A DNA stretch of 64,000 nt. Origin: an uncultured Gemmatimonadales bacterium (GTDB lineage: Bacteria > Gemmatimonadota > Gemmatimonadetes > Gemmatimonadales > Gemmatimonadaceae). A program made the translations under genes and the position numbers. The notes beneath the pieces are model-generated. The model saw nothing but the letters and a program-made list of their open reading frames with translations. It was not told the origin of the DNA and made no database searches. This document shows positions 49,749-62,237 of the stretch, piece after piece; the stretch's first letter is position 1, and every line of letters begins with the position of its first letter. Location of the stretch: contig OY969695.1 of NCBI GenBank assembly GCA_963701965.1, forward strand, positions 1 through 64,000, read 5' to 3'.

Positions 49749-51933
49749 TTAGAAGTTGGCCGTCAACGTCAGGCGCAGGCTGCGCGGCTCGACCGGATGG
49801 AAGTGGATGTCGTTCACGCCTCCGGCCGGCTCGCCTTTCAGGCGCGACGCGTAGTAGTAGTCGATGTCGCTCGCCTGGCGGTCGAACAGGTTGTAGACGT
49901 CGAGCGCGACCTTCACGTTCGGCGCGACCTTGTAGCCGAGACGCAGGTAGGCGAGCGTGGTCGCCCTCGAGCGCTGCGAGTCGTCCTCGATCAGCGGCCG
50001 CGGCCCGAAGTAGCGCAGCTGGAAATGGCCGAACCACGGGCCCGCGGTCGATCACGCTGACGCCGAACGAGACGACCTTGTCGACCGAGCCGGGAATGTA
50101 GCGGCCCGGCGTGTCGGGATCGTCGGTCGTGAAGCGCGCGTGCGATGCGGCGAGGTCGAGATCGACGAGCAGCCAGGGCGCGGCGGTGTAGTGGTTGTTC
50201 AATTCGATGCCGTAGCGCTGGCTCGGCCGGCTCGGCTCGGTGTCGCCGGCATCGCCCGAGAAGACGAGCTCCGAGCCGAGCTTGAGCTGCCAGAGCGCGA
50301 GCGAGCTCTGCAACCCGGGAACGGCCTCCGTGCGCAGGCCGAGCTCGCCGCCTTTCGAGCGGACGAGCAGCGGCGACGGCGTCGCGATCGCGTTCGGATC
50401 GGTCGGGTCGGCGGCGAATTCTTTCGGTTTGACGCGCTCGGTCGCGCCGCGCGCGTCGTTGCTGTGGAAGCCCCAGCCGTAGTTGACGAAGGTCTCGGTC
50501 TTCTGCCACGGGCCGAAGATCAGCGAGAGCTTGGGCGAGGCGAGGGTCGCGTGAGCTCTTGCCGGTGTTCTCCGGGATCGAGCTCGTGACGTCGACGTCG
50601 AAGCGATCGGCGCGCACGCCGGCGACGCTGCGCAGCCACGAGCGTCCACTCGAGCTGGTTGTCGGCGTAGACGGCGACGCCGGTCTCGCGCACCCGGCTC
50701 TCCTGCGTCGTCGCTGCGAACTGGCGCGCGACCGTGCTGTACAGGCCGACCGGATCGAGCCGGTCGTGGCGCAGCTGCAGGCCGAGCGTGGTCGTCGACT
50801 CGTGGCCGCCGAGCTTCATGTTCCAGCTGCGACTCGTCGCCAGGCCGAAGACCTTGCGTTGCTCGGCCTGCTGGAACTGGTCGCCGTCGATCGCTGCCGG
50901 ATCGAGATCGATCGGCTGCTCGAGGAAGAAGGTGAAGTTCGAGAAGAGGTCCAGCCTGGACTGGATCGCATAGGCGTTGAGGCGGAACTCGCCGTCGGCG
51001 AGGCGATGCGCGGTCTGCAGCGAGAGGCTGTAGCGCTCGGTGTTGCCGCCATCGCTCGGATCGATCGCGCCGAAGCGGCCGATCAGCCCCGAGTCGACGG
51101 CGCGCTGCGGGATCTGGTCGGTCGCGTTCCAGCCCGCCGAGTAGCCCATTGCGGTGAGCGACGAGCGATGGTCCGTCGCCGCCGAAGCTGTAGCGCAAGA
51201 CGCCGTTCAGGCGATGGAACTTCTCCGGGTTATCCCACGGGCCGTCGTCGTGCGCAGCCTCGATCGCGTAGAGCAGGTTGCCGTTGCCGACTGCGTTCGA
51301 GTTGGCGAGGAGGGCGCGGGCGTAGCGCCACTCGCCGAGCGTCGCCGAGGCAATCCCGCGCGGCAGCGTGTCGAAGAGATCGATGCGCGCCGTTCCGGCC
51401 GACGCGAAGTCGCCCTCTTCGGCGTAGTAGGGCCCCTTGCGATAGCGCAGGCGATCGACGAGCTCGGGCATCAGCCAGTTGAGGTCGCTGTAGCCCTGGC
51501 CGTGCGCGTGCGTCGGCATGTTGACGGGCATGCCGTCGACGAAGGTGGCGAAGTCGGTGCCGTGGTCGAGATTGAAGCCGCGCAGGTAGTACTGGTTCGC
51601 CTTGCCGTCGCCGCTGTGCTGCGTGACGATCACGCCGGGAACGAACTCGAGCACCTCGGCCGGCCGCAGCGTCGGCCGGCTCTCGATGAGCTTGGAGGTG
51701 ACGCTGCCGGCGCTCGCGGCATCGGAACTGCCGACCGAGTTGTTGTAGTTGCCGTTGATCTGCACCGGCGGCAATTGCTCGACGGGCGCCTGCGGCGACA
51801 ACGCTCGATTCAGGCGTGAGCGCTGGATCGGCGGCGCCCGCGACGGCGGGGGCGGCGAGGATGGCCGCGATCGCGACCGAGGTTCGCGCGAGAGCGGCGC
51901 AAGCAAGATTGGTTGCGAGTCACAGGGATCCAT
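49749..51933 (-). CDS. TonB-dependent receptor (several apparent indels)
   Basis: Plug motif QHSGDGKANQYYLRGFNLDHGTDF and C-terminal ...SLRLTLTANF. Confidence 0.88.
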
Positions 51934-52012
51934 CGCGATGACGTCGAAGACGCGTGCGCCGGGAACGGCGCCACGCGCAGGTCGCTTCGTTCAGCCGCGG
52001 ATTGCGGCTGCG

Positions 52013-52498
52013 TCAGGCGGAGCGGGGCGGTCGCTGCAGCGGTTCGGGGAAATGGCTCTGCGGCACCCAGGCACGTCGCGCCGCGAGGACGTCGTTCGGT
52101 GCCTGCGGCAGCCAGCCGGGCGCCTCGGGCAACAGCGCGACCAGAGCGGCCAGGCTCGCGCCGAGGCCGCCCTGGTCGGCGTCGAGGCCCTGTACGGCTT
52201 CTCCCGGCGCGAGATTCACGCTCGCGTCGCCGACAGCGTGGTGATGGCGCAGGGTCGAGGCGATGCCGTGGGCATGGCCATGGCGCTCGACGGCGCGCTC
52301 GCTTGTCGCAACACGCGACGGGCCGCGCCGGAAATCGTCGAGGACGACGATCGTCGCGGTTGCCTTGTGGCTGTGCAGCGGGCCGAGGGTGGCGAAGACC
52401 GAGCTGCCGATGCCTTGCAGGCCGATCAGGAGCGCCAGAGCGCCGAGGATGAGACGGCGCGAGCCGACACTCGGTGTGCGAAAGAGAAGAGGTAGCAC
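52013..52498 (-). CDS. His-rich exported/membrane hypothetical protein
   Basis: N-terminal hydrophobic helix, HSH, HGHAHG, HHH and C-terminal RPPR. Confidence 0.6.
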   Translation of the reverse strand: MLPLLFRTPSVGSRRLILGALALLIGLQGIGSSVFATLGPLHSHKATATIVVLDDFRRGPSRVATSERAVERHGHAHGIASTLRHHHAVGDASVNLAPGEAVQGLDADQGGLGASLAALVALLPEAPGWLPQAPNDVLAARRAWVPQSHFPEPLQRPPRSA

Positions 52499-52556
52499 GC
52501 GTCGAATATCTCGAGCCGATGCGTCATCTACGCGACAAGGCGTCGGGCGGATGCAC

Positions 52557-53379
52557 CTAGCCGTGGCGCTGCGCGGCTTCGCAATCGACCTGGATCAGCT
52601 CGCGCCGTCCGCCGTCGATGCGCACCGCGCTGAGCTTGCCACCCCAGACACAGCCGGTGTCGAGGCCAAGCAGGTCGCTGCGCTCGACCAGGCCGAGCGC
52701 AGACCAGTGGCCGAACGCGATCGGCGTTGCCGGCGGTCTTTCGCCCTGGCGCGTCGAACCAGGGGAAAAAGCCCGGCGGCGCCGCGTCGGCGCCATCCTT
52801 GGTGCGGAACTCGAGCGTCCCGTCGGCGGCGACGAACCGCGCGCGGGTGAGGGTGTTGAGCGTGAACCGGAGCCGGTCGTCGCCGCTCAGCGACTCGCTC
52901 CAGCGCAACGGCTCGTTGCCGAACATCGCCGCCAGAAACTCGCGGCCCGGACGCTGGCGCAATTGCGTCTCGAGCTCGGCCGCGAGCGCGAGCGTCGTGG
53001 CGAGATCCCACTGCGGCACGACGCCGGCGTGGAGCATCAGCCAGCCCTGCTCGTGAACGGCCATCCGGCGCTGGCGCACCCAGTCGAGCCAGGCCTCGCG
53101 ATCGGGCGCGTCGAGGATGTCGTCGAGGGTATCGCTGCGATGGCGCGGTCGGACGCCGGCGGCGACGGCAAGGAGGTGCCAGTCGTGGTTGCCGAGAACG
53201 CAGGTCGCGGCGCTGCCGAGGCCGCGCAGCTGGCGCAGGGTGCCGAGCGAGTCGGGGCCGCGGTTGACCAGGTCGCCGAGGACGTACAGATGGTCGCGCG
53301 ACGGCGAGAAGGCGATCGCTGCCAGCAGCCGTTCGAGCGCCCCGGCGCAGCCCTGGATGTCGCCGACCAGGTAGTTCAT
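52557..53379 (-). CDS. apaH: Symmetrical bis(5'-nucleosyl)-tetraphosphatase (indel near 52730)
   Basis: [30 protein letters not shown] and DTGCVWGG. Confidence 0.93.
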
Positions 53380-53474
53380 GCGGTGCCTGCGCGGGCAGCG
53401 AGCGGAGTCGGCGACGGGGCGGGCATGAACGCGATTCTGCTACGCTGACCCCCCGACTACGCCCGCGCCCGCGC

Positions 53475-54792
53475 ATGGACGTTGCCATCCTCCTTGCCCT
53501 CGTCTTTCTCAACGCGCTGTTCGCCATGTCGGAGACGGCGCTGACCGCGAGCCGCAAGGCGAGGCTGCAAGTGATGGTCGAAGCGGGCGACTCCGGGGCC
53601 AGCCACGCGATGGCCTTGCACGACAACCCGACCAAGTGGCTGTCGGTGGTGCAGATCGGCATCACCTCGATCACGCTGTTGAACGGCATCGTCGGCGAGG
53701 CCGCTTTCTCGACGCCGCTGGCGGCCTGGCTGCGCGAGCATTTCCCGGTCAGCGTGCGGACCGCGGAGATTTCGGCGCTCGCGCTGGTCGTCTTGATCAT
53801 CACCTTCGTCAGCATCGTCTTCGGCGAACTGGTGCCGAAGCGGATCGGCCTGATGTACCCGGAGACGATCGCCCGCCTCGTCGCCCGGCCGATGGAGTGG
53901 CTGTCGGCCGCGACCCGGCCGTTCATCAAGCTGCTCACCCTGAGCACCGACACGGTCTTGCGCCTGATGGGACTGCGTCGGCCGCCCGACCGCAGCGTCA
54001 CCGAGGAGGAGATCGCCGCCAGCCTCGAGGAAGGCCTCGACGCCGGCGTGATCGAGGCCCAGGAGCACCAGATGGTGCGCAACGTCTTTCGCCTCGACGA
54101 CCGCCAGGTCGGCTCGATGATGATTCCGCGCGCCGAGATCGTCTGGCTCGACGCCACAGCGACAGCCGACGACGTGCTGCATGCGATCGGCGACGCCGAG
54201 CATTCGCGCTATCCGGTCTGCCGCGGCGGCCTCGACGACGTGCTCGGCGTCATCAGCGCGCAAAGACTGCTGCAGCAGGCGATCGAGGGCAAGGCGTTCG
54301 CGGTCGACCAGCGGCCTCGAGCCGCCGGTGTTCGTTCCCGAGACGCTTTCGGGCATGGAGCTGCTCGAGCACTTCCGCGCCTCGAGCGCGCAGATCGTCT
54401 TCGTCGTCGACGAATACGGCGAGGTGCAGGGGATGATCACCGTGCGCGACGTGCTCGAGGCGATCACCGGCGAGTTCAGCACCGAGACCGACGCCGATTC
54501 GTGGGCGGTGCAGCGCGGCGACGGCAGCTGGCTGTTCGACGGCCTGATCCCGACGCCGGAGCTGAAGGACCGCCTCGGCCTGAAGGAGCTGCCGGAGGAA
54601 GACCGCGGCCGCTACAACACACTCGCCGGGATGATCATGCTGCTCCTCGGCCGGCTGCCCGAGACCGCCGACTCGGTCGACTGGGAAGGCTGGCGCTTCG
54701 AGGTCATCGACCTCGACGGCAAGCGCGTCGACAAGGTCCTGGCGAGCGCGCTCGCGCCCGAGACCGTGGCGCACGACGCGGCCGACACGTGA
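53475..54792 (+). CDS. HlyC/CorC family transporter (DUF21-CBS-CorC; indel near 54305)
   Basis: FAMSETA, VQIGIT, GELVPK, HSRYPV, VDEYG and YNTLAG. Confidence 0.9.
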
Positions 54793-54805
54793 GGGCGACG
54801 TCGCG

Positions 54806-56183
54806 ATGAGCGCCTCGATCTTCGCCCGTACGCTGGCGAGCGCGGCGATGGCCGATGTCTTCGCCGACGGCGCCGTGGTCGAGGCGATGCTCGCGTTCGA
54901 GGCGGCGCTGGCCGAGGCCGAGGCGGCCGAAGGCGTGATCCCAGCGAGTGCGGCCGCGCCGATCGGCGCCGCCTGCCGCGGTTCGTTCGACGTCGAGGCG
55001 CTGGTCGCCGACGCGCGCCGTGCCGGCAGCCTGGCGATCCCGCTGGTCAAGCGGCCTGACCGCGCGCGTTGCCGAGCGCGACCCGAGCGCGGCCGGATTC
55101 GTCCATTGGGGCAGCACCAGCCAGGACGTGATCGACAGCGCGATGGTGCTGGTGACGCGACGCGCGCTGGCGCTGGTCGACGCCGATCTCGCGCGCCTGA
55201 CCGGGTCGCTGCTCGCGCTCGCCCGCGCGCACGCGACCACGCCGATGCTCGCGCGCACGCTGCTCCAGCCGGCGCAGGTGATCAGCTTCGGCTTCAAGCT
55301 CGTCGCCTGGGTCGCGCCGCTGGTGCGGGCGCGCGAGCGCCTGGCGCGCGCACGCGCGGGCGGCGCTGCAGCTCCAGTTCGGCGGCGCGGTCGGCACGCT
55401 CGCCTCGCTCGGCGCCAAGGGCCCGGCGGTCGCGCGGCGCCTGGCCGAGCGGCTCGCGCTGCCGCCGCCCGAAGGCGCGTGGCACGTCCAGCGCGACGCC
55501 TGGATCGCGCTCGGCTGCGAGCTCGCGCTGCTGTGCGGCTCGCTCGGCAAGATCGGCCGCGATCTGGCGCTGCTCGCGCAGGGCGAGGTCGGCGAGGTCG
55601 CCGAGCCCGCAGGCGGCCGGCCGCGGCGGCTCGTCGGCGATGCCGAACAAGCGCAATCCGGTCGCGGCGATGACCGCGATCGCCGCGGCGACGCGCGCGC
55701 CGCACCACGCCGCCGCCTTGCTGGCGGCGATGGCGACACGAGCACGAGCGCGGCCTCGGCGGCTGGCAGGCCGAGCTCGCCGAGTGGCCGGCGCTGTTCC
55801 TCGCCACGCACGGCAGCCTGGTCGCGCTGGCCGATGCGAGCGCGGGGCTGGTCGTCGATCCGGCGCGAATGCGCGCCAACATCGAGCGTCAGCGCGGCAC
55901 CGTGTTCGCCGAAGCCGCCGCGGCGCGTGCTCGCGCCGACCCTCGGCAAGGCCGAGGCACAGGCGCTGCTGGCCCGGCTCTCGGCGCGCGCGATCGCCGA
56001 CGACATCGACCTGCGCACGCTGCTGCGTCGCCGATCCGGCGCTGCGCCGCGATCGACGCCGGCGCGATCGATGCGGTGTTCGACATCGACGCCGCTGCTC
56101 GCGCGGCCGGCGTCGTCGCTACGGCGCAGCTCGACCGTCTCGCCCGACGAGCCGCCGCTACGGAGACCCCCGATGAGCACTGA
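54806..56183 (+). CDS. pcaB: 3-carboxy-cis,cis-muconate cycloisomerase (multiple apparent indels)
   Basis: VHWGSTSQD, ARTLLQ and GSSAMPNKRNP. Adjacent to pcaCD. Confidence 0.85.
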
Positions 56184-57405
56184 CCACGACCTTCCCGACG
56201 AGCGCGCCGACGACTTCAGCCGCGGCCTCGCCAATCGCCGCGCCGTCCTCGGCGATGCCTGGGTCGACAAGTCGCTCGGCGGCGCGACCGATTTCAACGC
56301 CGAGTTCCAGAGCCTGATCACGCGCTACGCCTGGCACGACATCTGGGGCCGGCCCGGCCTCGACCACGAGACGCGGCGCCTGCTCGTGCTCGGCATGACG
56401 ATGGCGCTGGCGCGCTGGGAGGAGTTCGAGCTCCATTGCCGCGCCGCCGTGCGCGGCGGCGTGCCGATCGCGAAGATCAAGGAAACGCTGATGCAGGGAG
56501 CGATCTATTGCGGCGTTCCGGCCGCCAACACCGCGTTCAAGATCGCCGGCGAGATCCTGCACGCCGAAGGCCGCGCGCCCGCGCCGAGCTCGCTCGCCGC
56601 CGCGGTGCGCGTGGCGACGCACCACACGTTCAGCGCGCCGCAGCTGAAGGTCGCGTTGCAGGGCGAGGGCCCGCCGGTGATGCTGAGCCACGCGCTCGGC
56701 CTCGACCTGCACATGTGGGACGACTTCGCCGCCCGCCTGGCGGGCGCTCGCACCGTGCTGCGCTACGACCAGCGCGGCCACGGCGGCTCGGCGCGGCCGC
56801 CGGGCCCGTATGCGCTGGACGACCTCGTCGACGACGCGGCACGCCTGATCCGCGAGTGGGGCCGCGGCCCGGTCGTCTTCATCGGCCTGTCGATGGGCGG
56901 CATGGTGGGGCAAGGGCTTGCGGTGCGCCATCCGGAGCTGCTGCGCGGCGTCGTCCTCGCCAACACGACAGCGCGCTATCCCGAAGCGGCGCGCCCGGTC
57001 TGGGCGACGCGGATCGCGGCGGTCGAGCAGGGCGGCATGGCGGCGGTGGCCGATGCCGTCGTCGAGCGCTACCTGCACGCCGACTATCGCGCGACGCATC
57101 CGGCCGAGGCGGCAGCGCTGCGCGCCAAGCTGCTGCGCGCCGATCCGGCCGGCTACGTCGCCGCGTGCCACGCGGTCGCCGGCGTCGACTGGCTCGAGCG
57201 GCTCTCGACCGTGCGCACGCCCGCGCTCGTCATCGCCGGCGCGCGCGATGCCGGCGCGACGCCCGAGATGGCGAAGGCGATCGCCGAGCGCATTGCGGGC
57301 GCAGAGCTGGCGGTGCTCGAAGATGCGTCGCATCTCAGCGTCGCCGAGCAGCCGGAGCGCTTTGCCGCGCTGGTGCAGCGCTTCCTGGCGAAGCTGCCGG
57401 CCTGA
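56173..57405 (+). CDS. Fused 4-carboxymuconolactone decarboxylase / 3-oxoadipate enol-lactonase (PcaC-PcaD order)
   Basis: RRAVLGDAWV, AWHDIWGRPGL and IYCGVPAAN, then in the same frame RYDQRGHG, GLSMGG and ASHLS. Confidence 0.88.
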   Translation: MSTDHDLPDERADDFSRGLANRRAVLGDAWVDKSLGGATDFNAEFQSLITRYAWHDIWGRPGLDHETRRLLVLGMTMALARWEEFELHCRAAVRGGVPIAKIKETLMQGAIYCGVPAANTAFKIAGEILHAEGRAPAPSSLAAAVRVATHHTFSAPQLKVALQGEGPPVMLSHALGLDLHMWDDFAARLAGARTVLRYDQRGHGGSARPPGPYALDDLVDDAARLIREWGRGPVVFIGLSMGGMVGQGLAVRHPELLRGVVLANTTARYPEAARPVWATRIAAVEQGGMAAVADAVVERYLHADYRATHPAEAAALRAKLLRADPAGYVAACHAVAGVDWLERLSTVRTPALVIAGARDAGATPEMAKAIAERIAGAELAVLEDASHLSVAEQPERFAALVQRFLAKLPA

Positions 57406-57453
57406 GCGGTAGCGACCGTGCCGGCCGACCCAAAGACGACGAAGACGAGACCC

Positions 57454-59880
57454 ATGAACGCAGACGACACTCCCTCCCGATTCGGCAGCGGCCGCGCCAT
57501 CCCTCGCGTCGAAGACGGCGAGCTGCTCGTCGGTCGCGGTCGCTTCGTCGACAACATCGCCGGCGCCGGCGCGGCGACGATCGCCTTCCAGCGCTCGCCG
57601 CACGCGCACGCGCGCATCGTCGCGATCGACGCCGACGCAGCGCGCGCGATTGCCCGGCGTGCTCGCGGTCTACACCGGCGCCGAGCTGGCCGCGGCCGGC
57701 ATCCAGCCGATGGCGACGACGCCCGACTTCAGGCGCGCCGACGGCCGCCGCACCGTCACCCCGCCGCGGCGCGCCCTCGCGCACGAGTTCGCGCGCTATG
57801 TGGGCGAGGCGGTCGTCGCCGTCGTCGCCGAATCGCGCGAGGCGGCGCGCGACGCGATCGACAGCGTCGTCGTCGAGTACGAGGAGCTGCCGGCGGTCGC
57901 CGACGTCGTCGCCGCGACGGCGCCAGGCGCGCCCGCGGTCACGCCCGACGCGGCCGACAACATCGCCGCCGAGATGAGCCACGGCGATGCCGAGAAGGCC
58001 GCGGCGTTGTTCGCGTCCGCCGCGGTCCGCATCGAGCTCGACCTCGTCAACCAGCGCGTCTCGCCGGTGGCGATGGAGCCGCGCAGCATCGTCGCCCGGT
58101 TCGACGCGGCGAGCGGGCGGCTGACGGTGCGGATCAGCAACCAGATGCCGACGGCGGTCGCGGCCGGCCTCGCCGGCGCGCTGCCCGGTATCAAGCAGGA
58201 GCAGATCCACGTCCTCGTCGGCGACGTCGGCGGCGGCTTCGGCATGAAGACCGGCATGTACCCGGAGGACATCGTCGTCGCCCACGCGGCGCGCGCGCTC
58301 GGCCGGCCGGTCGCGCTGGCAGGCCGATCGCAGCGAGGAGTTCCTCTCCGGATCGGCCGGCCGCGACGTCCGCAGCCGCGCCGAGCTCGCGCTCGACGCC
58401 GACGGCAAGGCGCTGGCGCTGCGCGTGCGCTCGCTCGCCAACGTCGGCGCCTACGCGACGCCGGCGGGCGTCGCGATCCAGCTGCTGATCGGCCCGTGGG
58501 TCTCGACCAGCATCTACGACATCGCTGCCGTCGACCTGCACTACAAGGCGGTGCTGACCAACACGACGCCGACCGGCGCCTACCGCGGCGCCGGGCGGCC
58601 CGAGGCGATCTACATCATCGAGCGGCTGTTCGATGCCGCCGCGCGCGAGATGAAGCTCGATCCCGCCGAGCTGCGCCGCCGCAACATGATCCTGCCCGGG
58701 CAGATGCCGTACAAGAACCTGCTCGGCCAGACCTACGACAGCGGCATGTTCGAGAAGATCCTCGACCAGGGCCTGGCGCTCGCCGACTGGAACGGCTTCG
58801 CCGCGCGCCGCGCCGAGTCGAAGGCGCGCGGCCTGCTGCGCGGCCGCGGCATCGCCTCGTTTCTCGAATGGACCGGCGGCAACGCCCTCGAGGAGAAGGT
58901 CAGCGTCGACGTCACGCCCGACGGCATCATCGAGATCTTCTCGGCGACGCAGGCGATGGGCCAGGGGATCGCGACGAGCTACGCGCAGCTCGCGGTCGAC
59001 GTCTTCGGCGTGCCGATCGAGAAGATCCGAATCGTCCAGGGCGACACCGATCGCGGCAACGGCTTCGGCAGCGCCGGCTCGCGCTCGCTCTTCACCGGCG
59101 GCTCGGCGGTTCGGGTCGCCTCCGAGCGCACGATCGACCATGCGAAGGCGCTCGCCGGCGAGGCGCTCGAGGCCGCCGCCGGCGACATCGAGTACCGCGC
59201 CGGGCGCTTGACCGTCGTCGGCACCGATCTCGGCATCGATCTGTTCGCGCTCGCCGGCAAGCAGCCGGGGCAGCGGATCCACCTCGAGGCGTCGGCCGTC
59301 GCCGGCGGGCCGACCTGGCCGAACGCGTGCCACGTCTGCGAGGTCGAGGTCGATCCGGAGACGGGCGACGTTCGGGTCGTCGCCTATTCGTCAGTGAACG
59401 ACATCGGCCGCGTCGTCAGCCCGACGATCGCGCGCGGCCAGGTCGACGGCGGCGCGGTCCAGGGCCTCGGCCAGGCGCTCTGCGAGCGGGTCGTCTACGA
59501 CGAAGGCAGCAGCCAGCTCGTCACCGGCAGCTTCATGGACTACGCCGTGCCGCGCGCCGACATCGGCGTCGCCTTCCGAACCGAGTTCGACACCTCCGAT
59601 TCCGTGCCTGCTCAATCCGCTCGGCGTCAAGGGCGTCGGCGAGCTCGGCACGATCGGCGCGACGCCGGCGGTGATGAACGCGATCGTCGACGCGCTCGAC
59701 CACGCCGGCCTCGGCCGCGCCGCCGAGAAGATCCAGATGCCGGCCACGCCGGAACGCGTCTGGCAGGCGCTGCGCGGCATCGGCGCGGTACGCTTCGTAG
59801 CCGCGTTCTTCAGCCCGGATCGGGAACGAACGACGGGAACGCGTCGGGCTGGCGCGGCATCGGCCGCGGGCGCGGAATGA
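57454..59880 (+). CDS. Xanthine dehydrogenase/CoxL-like molybdopterin-binding subunit (multiple indels; 3' end uncertain)
   Basis: [31 protein letters not shown] and GVKGVGE. Confidence 0.88.
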
Positions 59881-60652
59881 CGCCGCTCGCCAGCAGGTTG
59901 GCGTAGCTGTCGTAGCGAAGCTGGACGATCTCGGACGGCGACGAGCTCGCGCGCTCGAACGCGGTCTGGCTGGTCGGCGAATATTCGCGCTCGCCGTGGC
60001 CGGTGCCGAGCTTCTTCTCGTCCTTCGGCGGCCAACGAGTCGGCGCGGGCACGCGGCCGCCGACTGCGCCGCCGGCGCCGCGGCGTCCACGCTCGCGCCG
60101 TCGCGCTGCCGCTCCGCTTCGAGACGGCCACTGCCGTCAGCTTCCTTGGCGACCGACGGCGCCGGCTCGCGCCAGCGCGATACCGGCTCGGGAACGCGCT
60201 CGCGAAAGACCGCCGCGCCGATCACGCCGACGTTGTCGGGCCGATTGGTGCGCGCTGCGTACGAGTCGGGCAATGCCGTGAAGTAGAACGCGGCCGCTTC
60301 CGAGTAGCTCTTGCGCCAGCCGGTGATCTCGGCCGACTGGTAGGGCGCGAGGACGTAGCCGGTCTGGCCGACCGCGGCGGTCTCGCCGCTCACCGCATTG
60401 ACGCCGTCGACCGAGAGGACGACCAGGACGCGGCCCGACGAGCGATTGGTCAGGCGCACGGCATAGCGGTCGCCCGGGCCGGCCGGCGACGTAGCTCGCG
60501 CCGCGGTAGGGCCACGACGGCAGTTGCTCGCCGCGACTGCGGTCGACGATCTGCACGTCGACGAGCGAGCCGACGGCGAAGGCCGGCGGCGAGCCGCAGG
60601 CGCTCAGCGCGGCGGTGGCGATTGCGGTGAGAAGGAGGCGGCGGGTCGGCAT
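59810..60652 (-). CDS. Conserved hypothetical lipoprotein (apparent indels)
   Basis: LSAC lipobox. Coherent segments [25 protein letters not shown] and LGTGHGERE lie across frames. Confidence 0.65.
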
Positions 60653-60720
60653 GACGGTTCTCCGAACAGGTGGTGGGACCTGTCGTTGAACGGCCGGGCC
60701 GCGCAAACGGGGTGATCGGC

Positions 60721-61439
60721 TCAGGGCGCTGTCTTCGGCACGCGCCGAGCGCTCCTCGTGCGAGCCGTCGGCGCCGAGGCCAGAAGCAGCACTTCGTCCA
60801 CGCCAGGCTGATCAGCTCGCCGAGCACGGTCTTGGCTCCCTCGCTCGTTCGCCACCAGCGGTCGATGTCATAGCGGCGCGGCGCCGTCGCGATCACGCCG
60901 ACCTCGACGGCGCTACCGAACGCCATGCGATAGGCCAGGCGCGAGCGGCGCGCGTGGACGCCCGCGGAGAGGAGATCGATCGAGTCGAGCCCCGGCTGCT
61001 CGCGGCGCAGCCACTCGCGAACGACGACGGCACTGAGGAACGTTCGGTCCCGCGCCGACCGCCGGCGCGGGAAGGGCGATGACCGGGATTCCGACCGGCG
61101 CGCGGCGCAGATAGTCCGCCGCGCGCTCGGCGTAGCTCGCCCAGACGACGCCCTCGCGCCAGCTCTCGATCGGCCCGCCGGTGGTGATGACGCGCTGGTA
61201 GCGGCCGCGCGCGCGCGGTCGCGATCGCATCGTCGAGCTCGCGCTCGTCGAGCCAGCCTTCGACGACGAGCGTGCGTGCGCCGTGGCCGTCGCGGCCACC
61301 GGCGGGATCGCTGCTGCGCGAGATAGCCGCCGACAGATCGCGCCGCGACCAGCACTGCGAGAACGGCGACACCGCACAGCAGCAAGGCGCCCCACAGCGT
61401 GGGCAGCCAGACCTGGCGGCGGCGAATGAGCGCGGGCAA
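60721..61439 (-). CDS. YdcF/ElyC (DUF218)-like protein (apparent indels)
   Basis: N-terminal TM, LVVEGW, ITTGGP, HARRS and WWRTSEG. Confidence 0.65.
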
Positions 61440-61655
61440 CTCGATGGCTCGGTGGCGATGGGGCAGTGGATTTTTTCACGACCGGCGCGAGGGCTCGCGC
61501 CGAACCGCGTTGCTGCGGATTTTCACCGTGACGTTCACACGTCCCGCGGCTCGGCCAGGGGCTCGAACCGCGCACGCGCGGTAACCGGTCGTGACAATGA
61601 GCCCGTCCGGCGAAAGCCGCCATGTTGGGCCCGAAGTGGGTCCTGAAGGATCGAA

Positions 61656-62237
61656 ATGTTGAGCCTCCCGTTACTCTTGCGCAGGACCAGCGCCGCGGTC
61701 GTCGTGACCGTCGCCGCCGTCGCGCCCGCAAGCGCCATGACCATCGGCACCGGCTCCTATGCGAACAGCGGCATGGGCGCCGAGTTCGCGACGCCGTATG
61801 ACAACCTCTTCATCGACGGCGCGACGCTCGATGTCGCGCTGAGCGCGGCACCGGTCAACATCTCGCTGGGCAGCTACACCTTCGAGGTCGGCCCGAACTG
61901 CTACAGCTGCACGCTCACGCCGACGTTCGACGCCCTGGTCGACGTCACCGTCGACGGCCTCACGCTTCAGCTGGATCTGCCCTATGCCTGGAGCTCGTCG
62001 GGCCCGAACGACTACCTCACCTTCGCCACGCCCGCGCCGCTGCTGTTCGATTTCGGCGCGATGGGCCAGGTGACGATCGCCGTTGAAAACATCGGCGTCT
62101 TGTCGAGCCCGATCGGCACGGTCCACGGCAACGTCAACGCCATCGCGTCTGTGAGCCCCGTGCCGGAGCCGAGCAGCTACGCGTTCCTGCTCGCCGGCCT
62201 GGGCGTGATCGGCTTCGTCGCGAAGCGGCGCGCCTAG
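61656..62237 (+). CDS. PEP-CTERM sorting domain protein
   Basis: Signal peptide (ASA-M) and C-terminal VPEPSSYAFLLAGLGVIGFVAKRRA. Confidence 0.92.
   Translation: MLSLPLLLRRTSAAVVVTVAAVAPASAMTIGTGSYANSGMGAEFATPYDNLFIDGATLDVALSAAPVNISLGSYTFEVGPNCYSCTLTPTFDALVDVTVDGLTLQLDLPYAWSSSGPNDYLTFATPAPLLFDFGAMGQVTIAVENIGVLSSPIGTVHGNVNAIASVSPVPEPSSYAFLLAGLGVIGFVAKRRA

Noticed and set aside
57454..59880. Form I aerobic CO dehydrogenase
   Set aside because: The active-site loop is AYRGAGR rather than AYXCSFR, and no coxM/coxS genes are adjacent.
49749..61439. Calling apaH, pcaB, corC, the coxL-like gene and the TonB receptor pseudogenes or programmed frameshifts
   Set aside because: Motifs are intact across single-base shifts and I saw no other decay. 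Sequencing indels are the simpler explanation.
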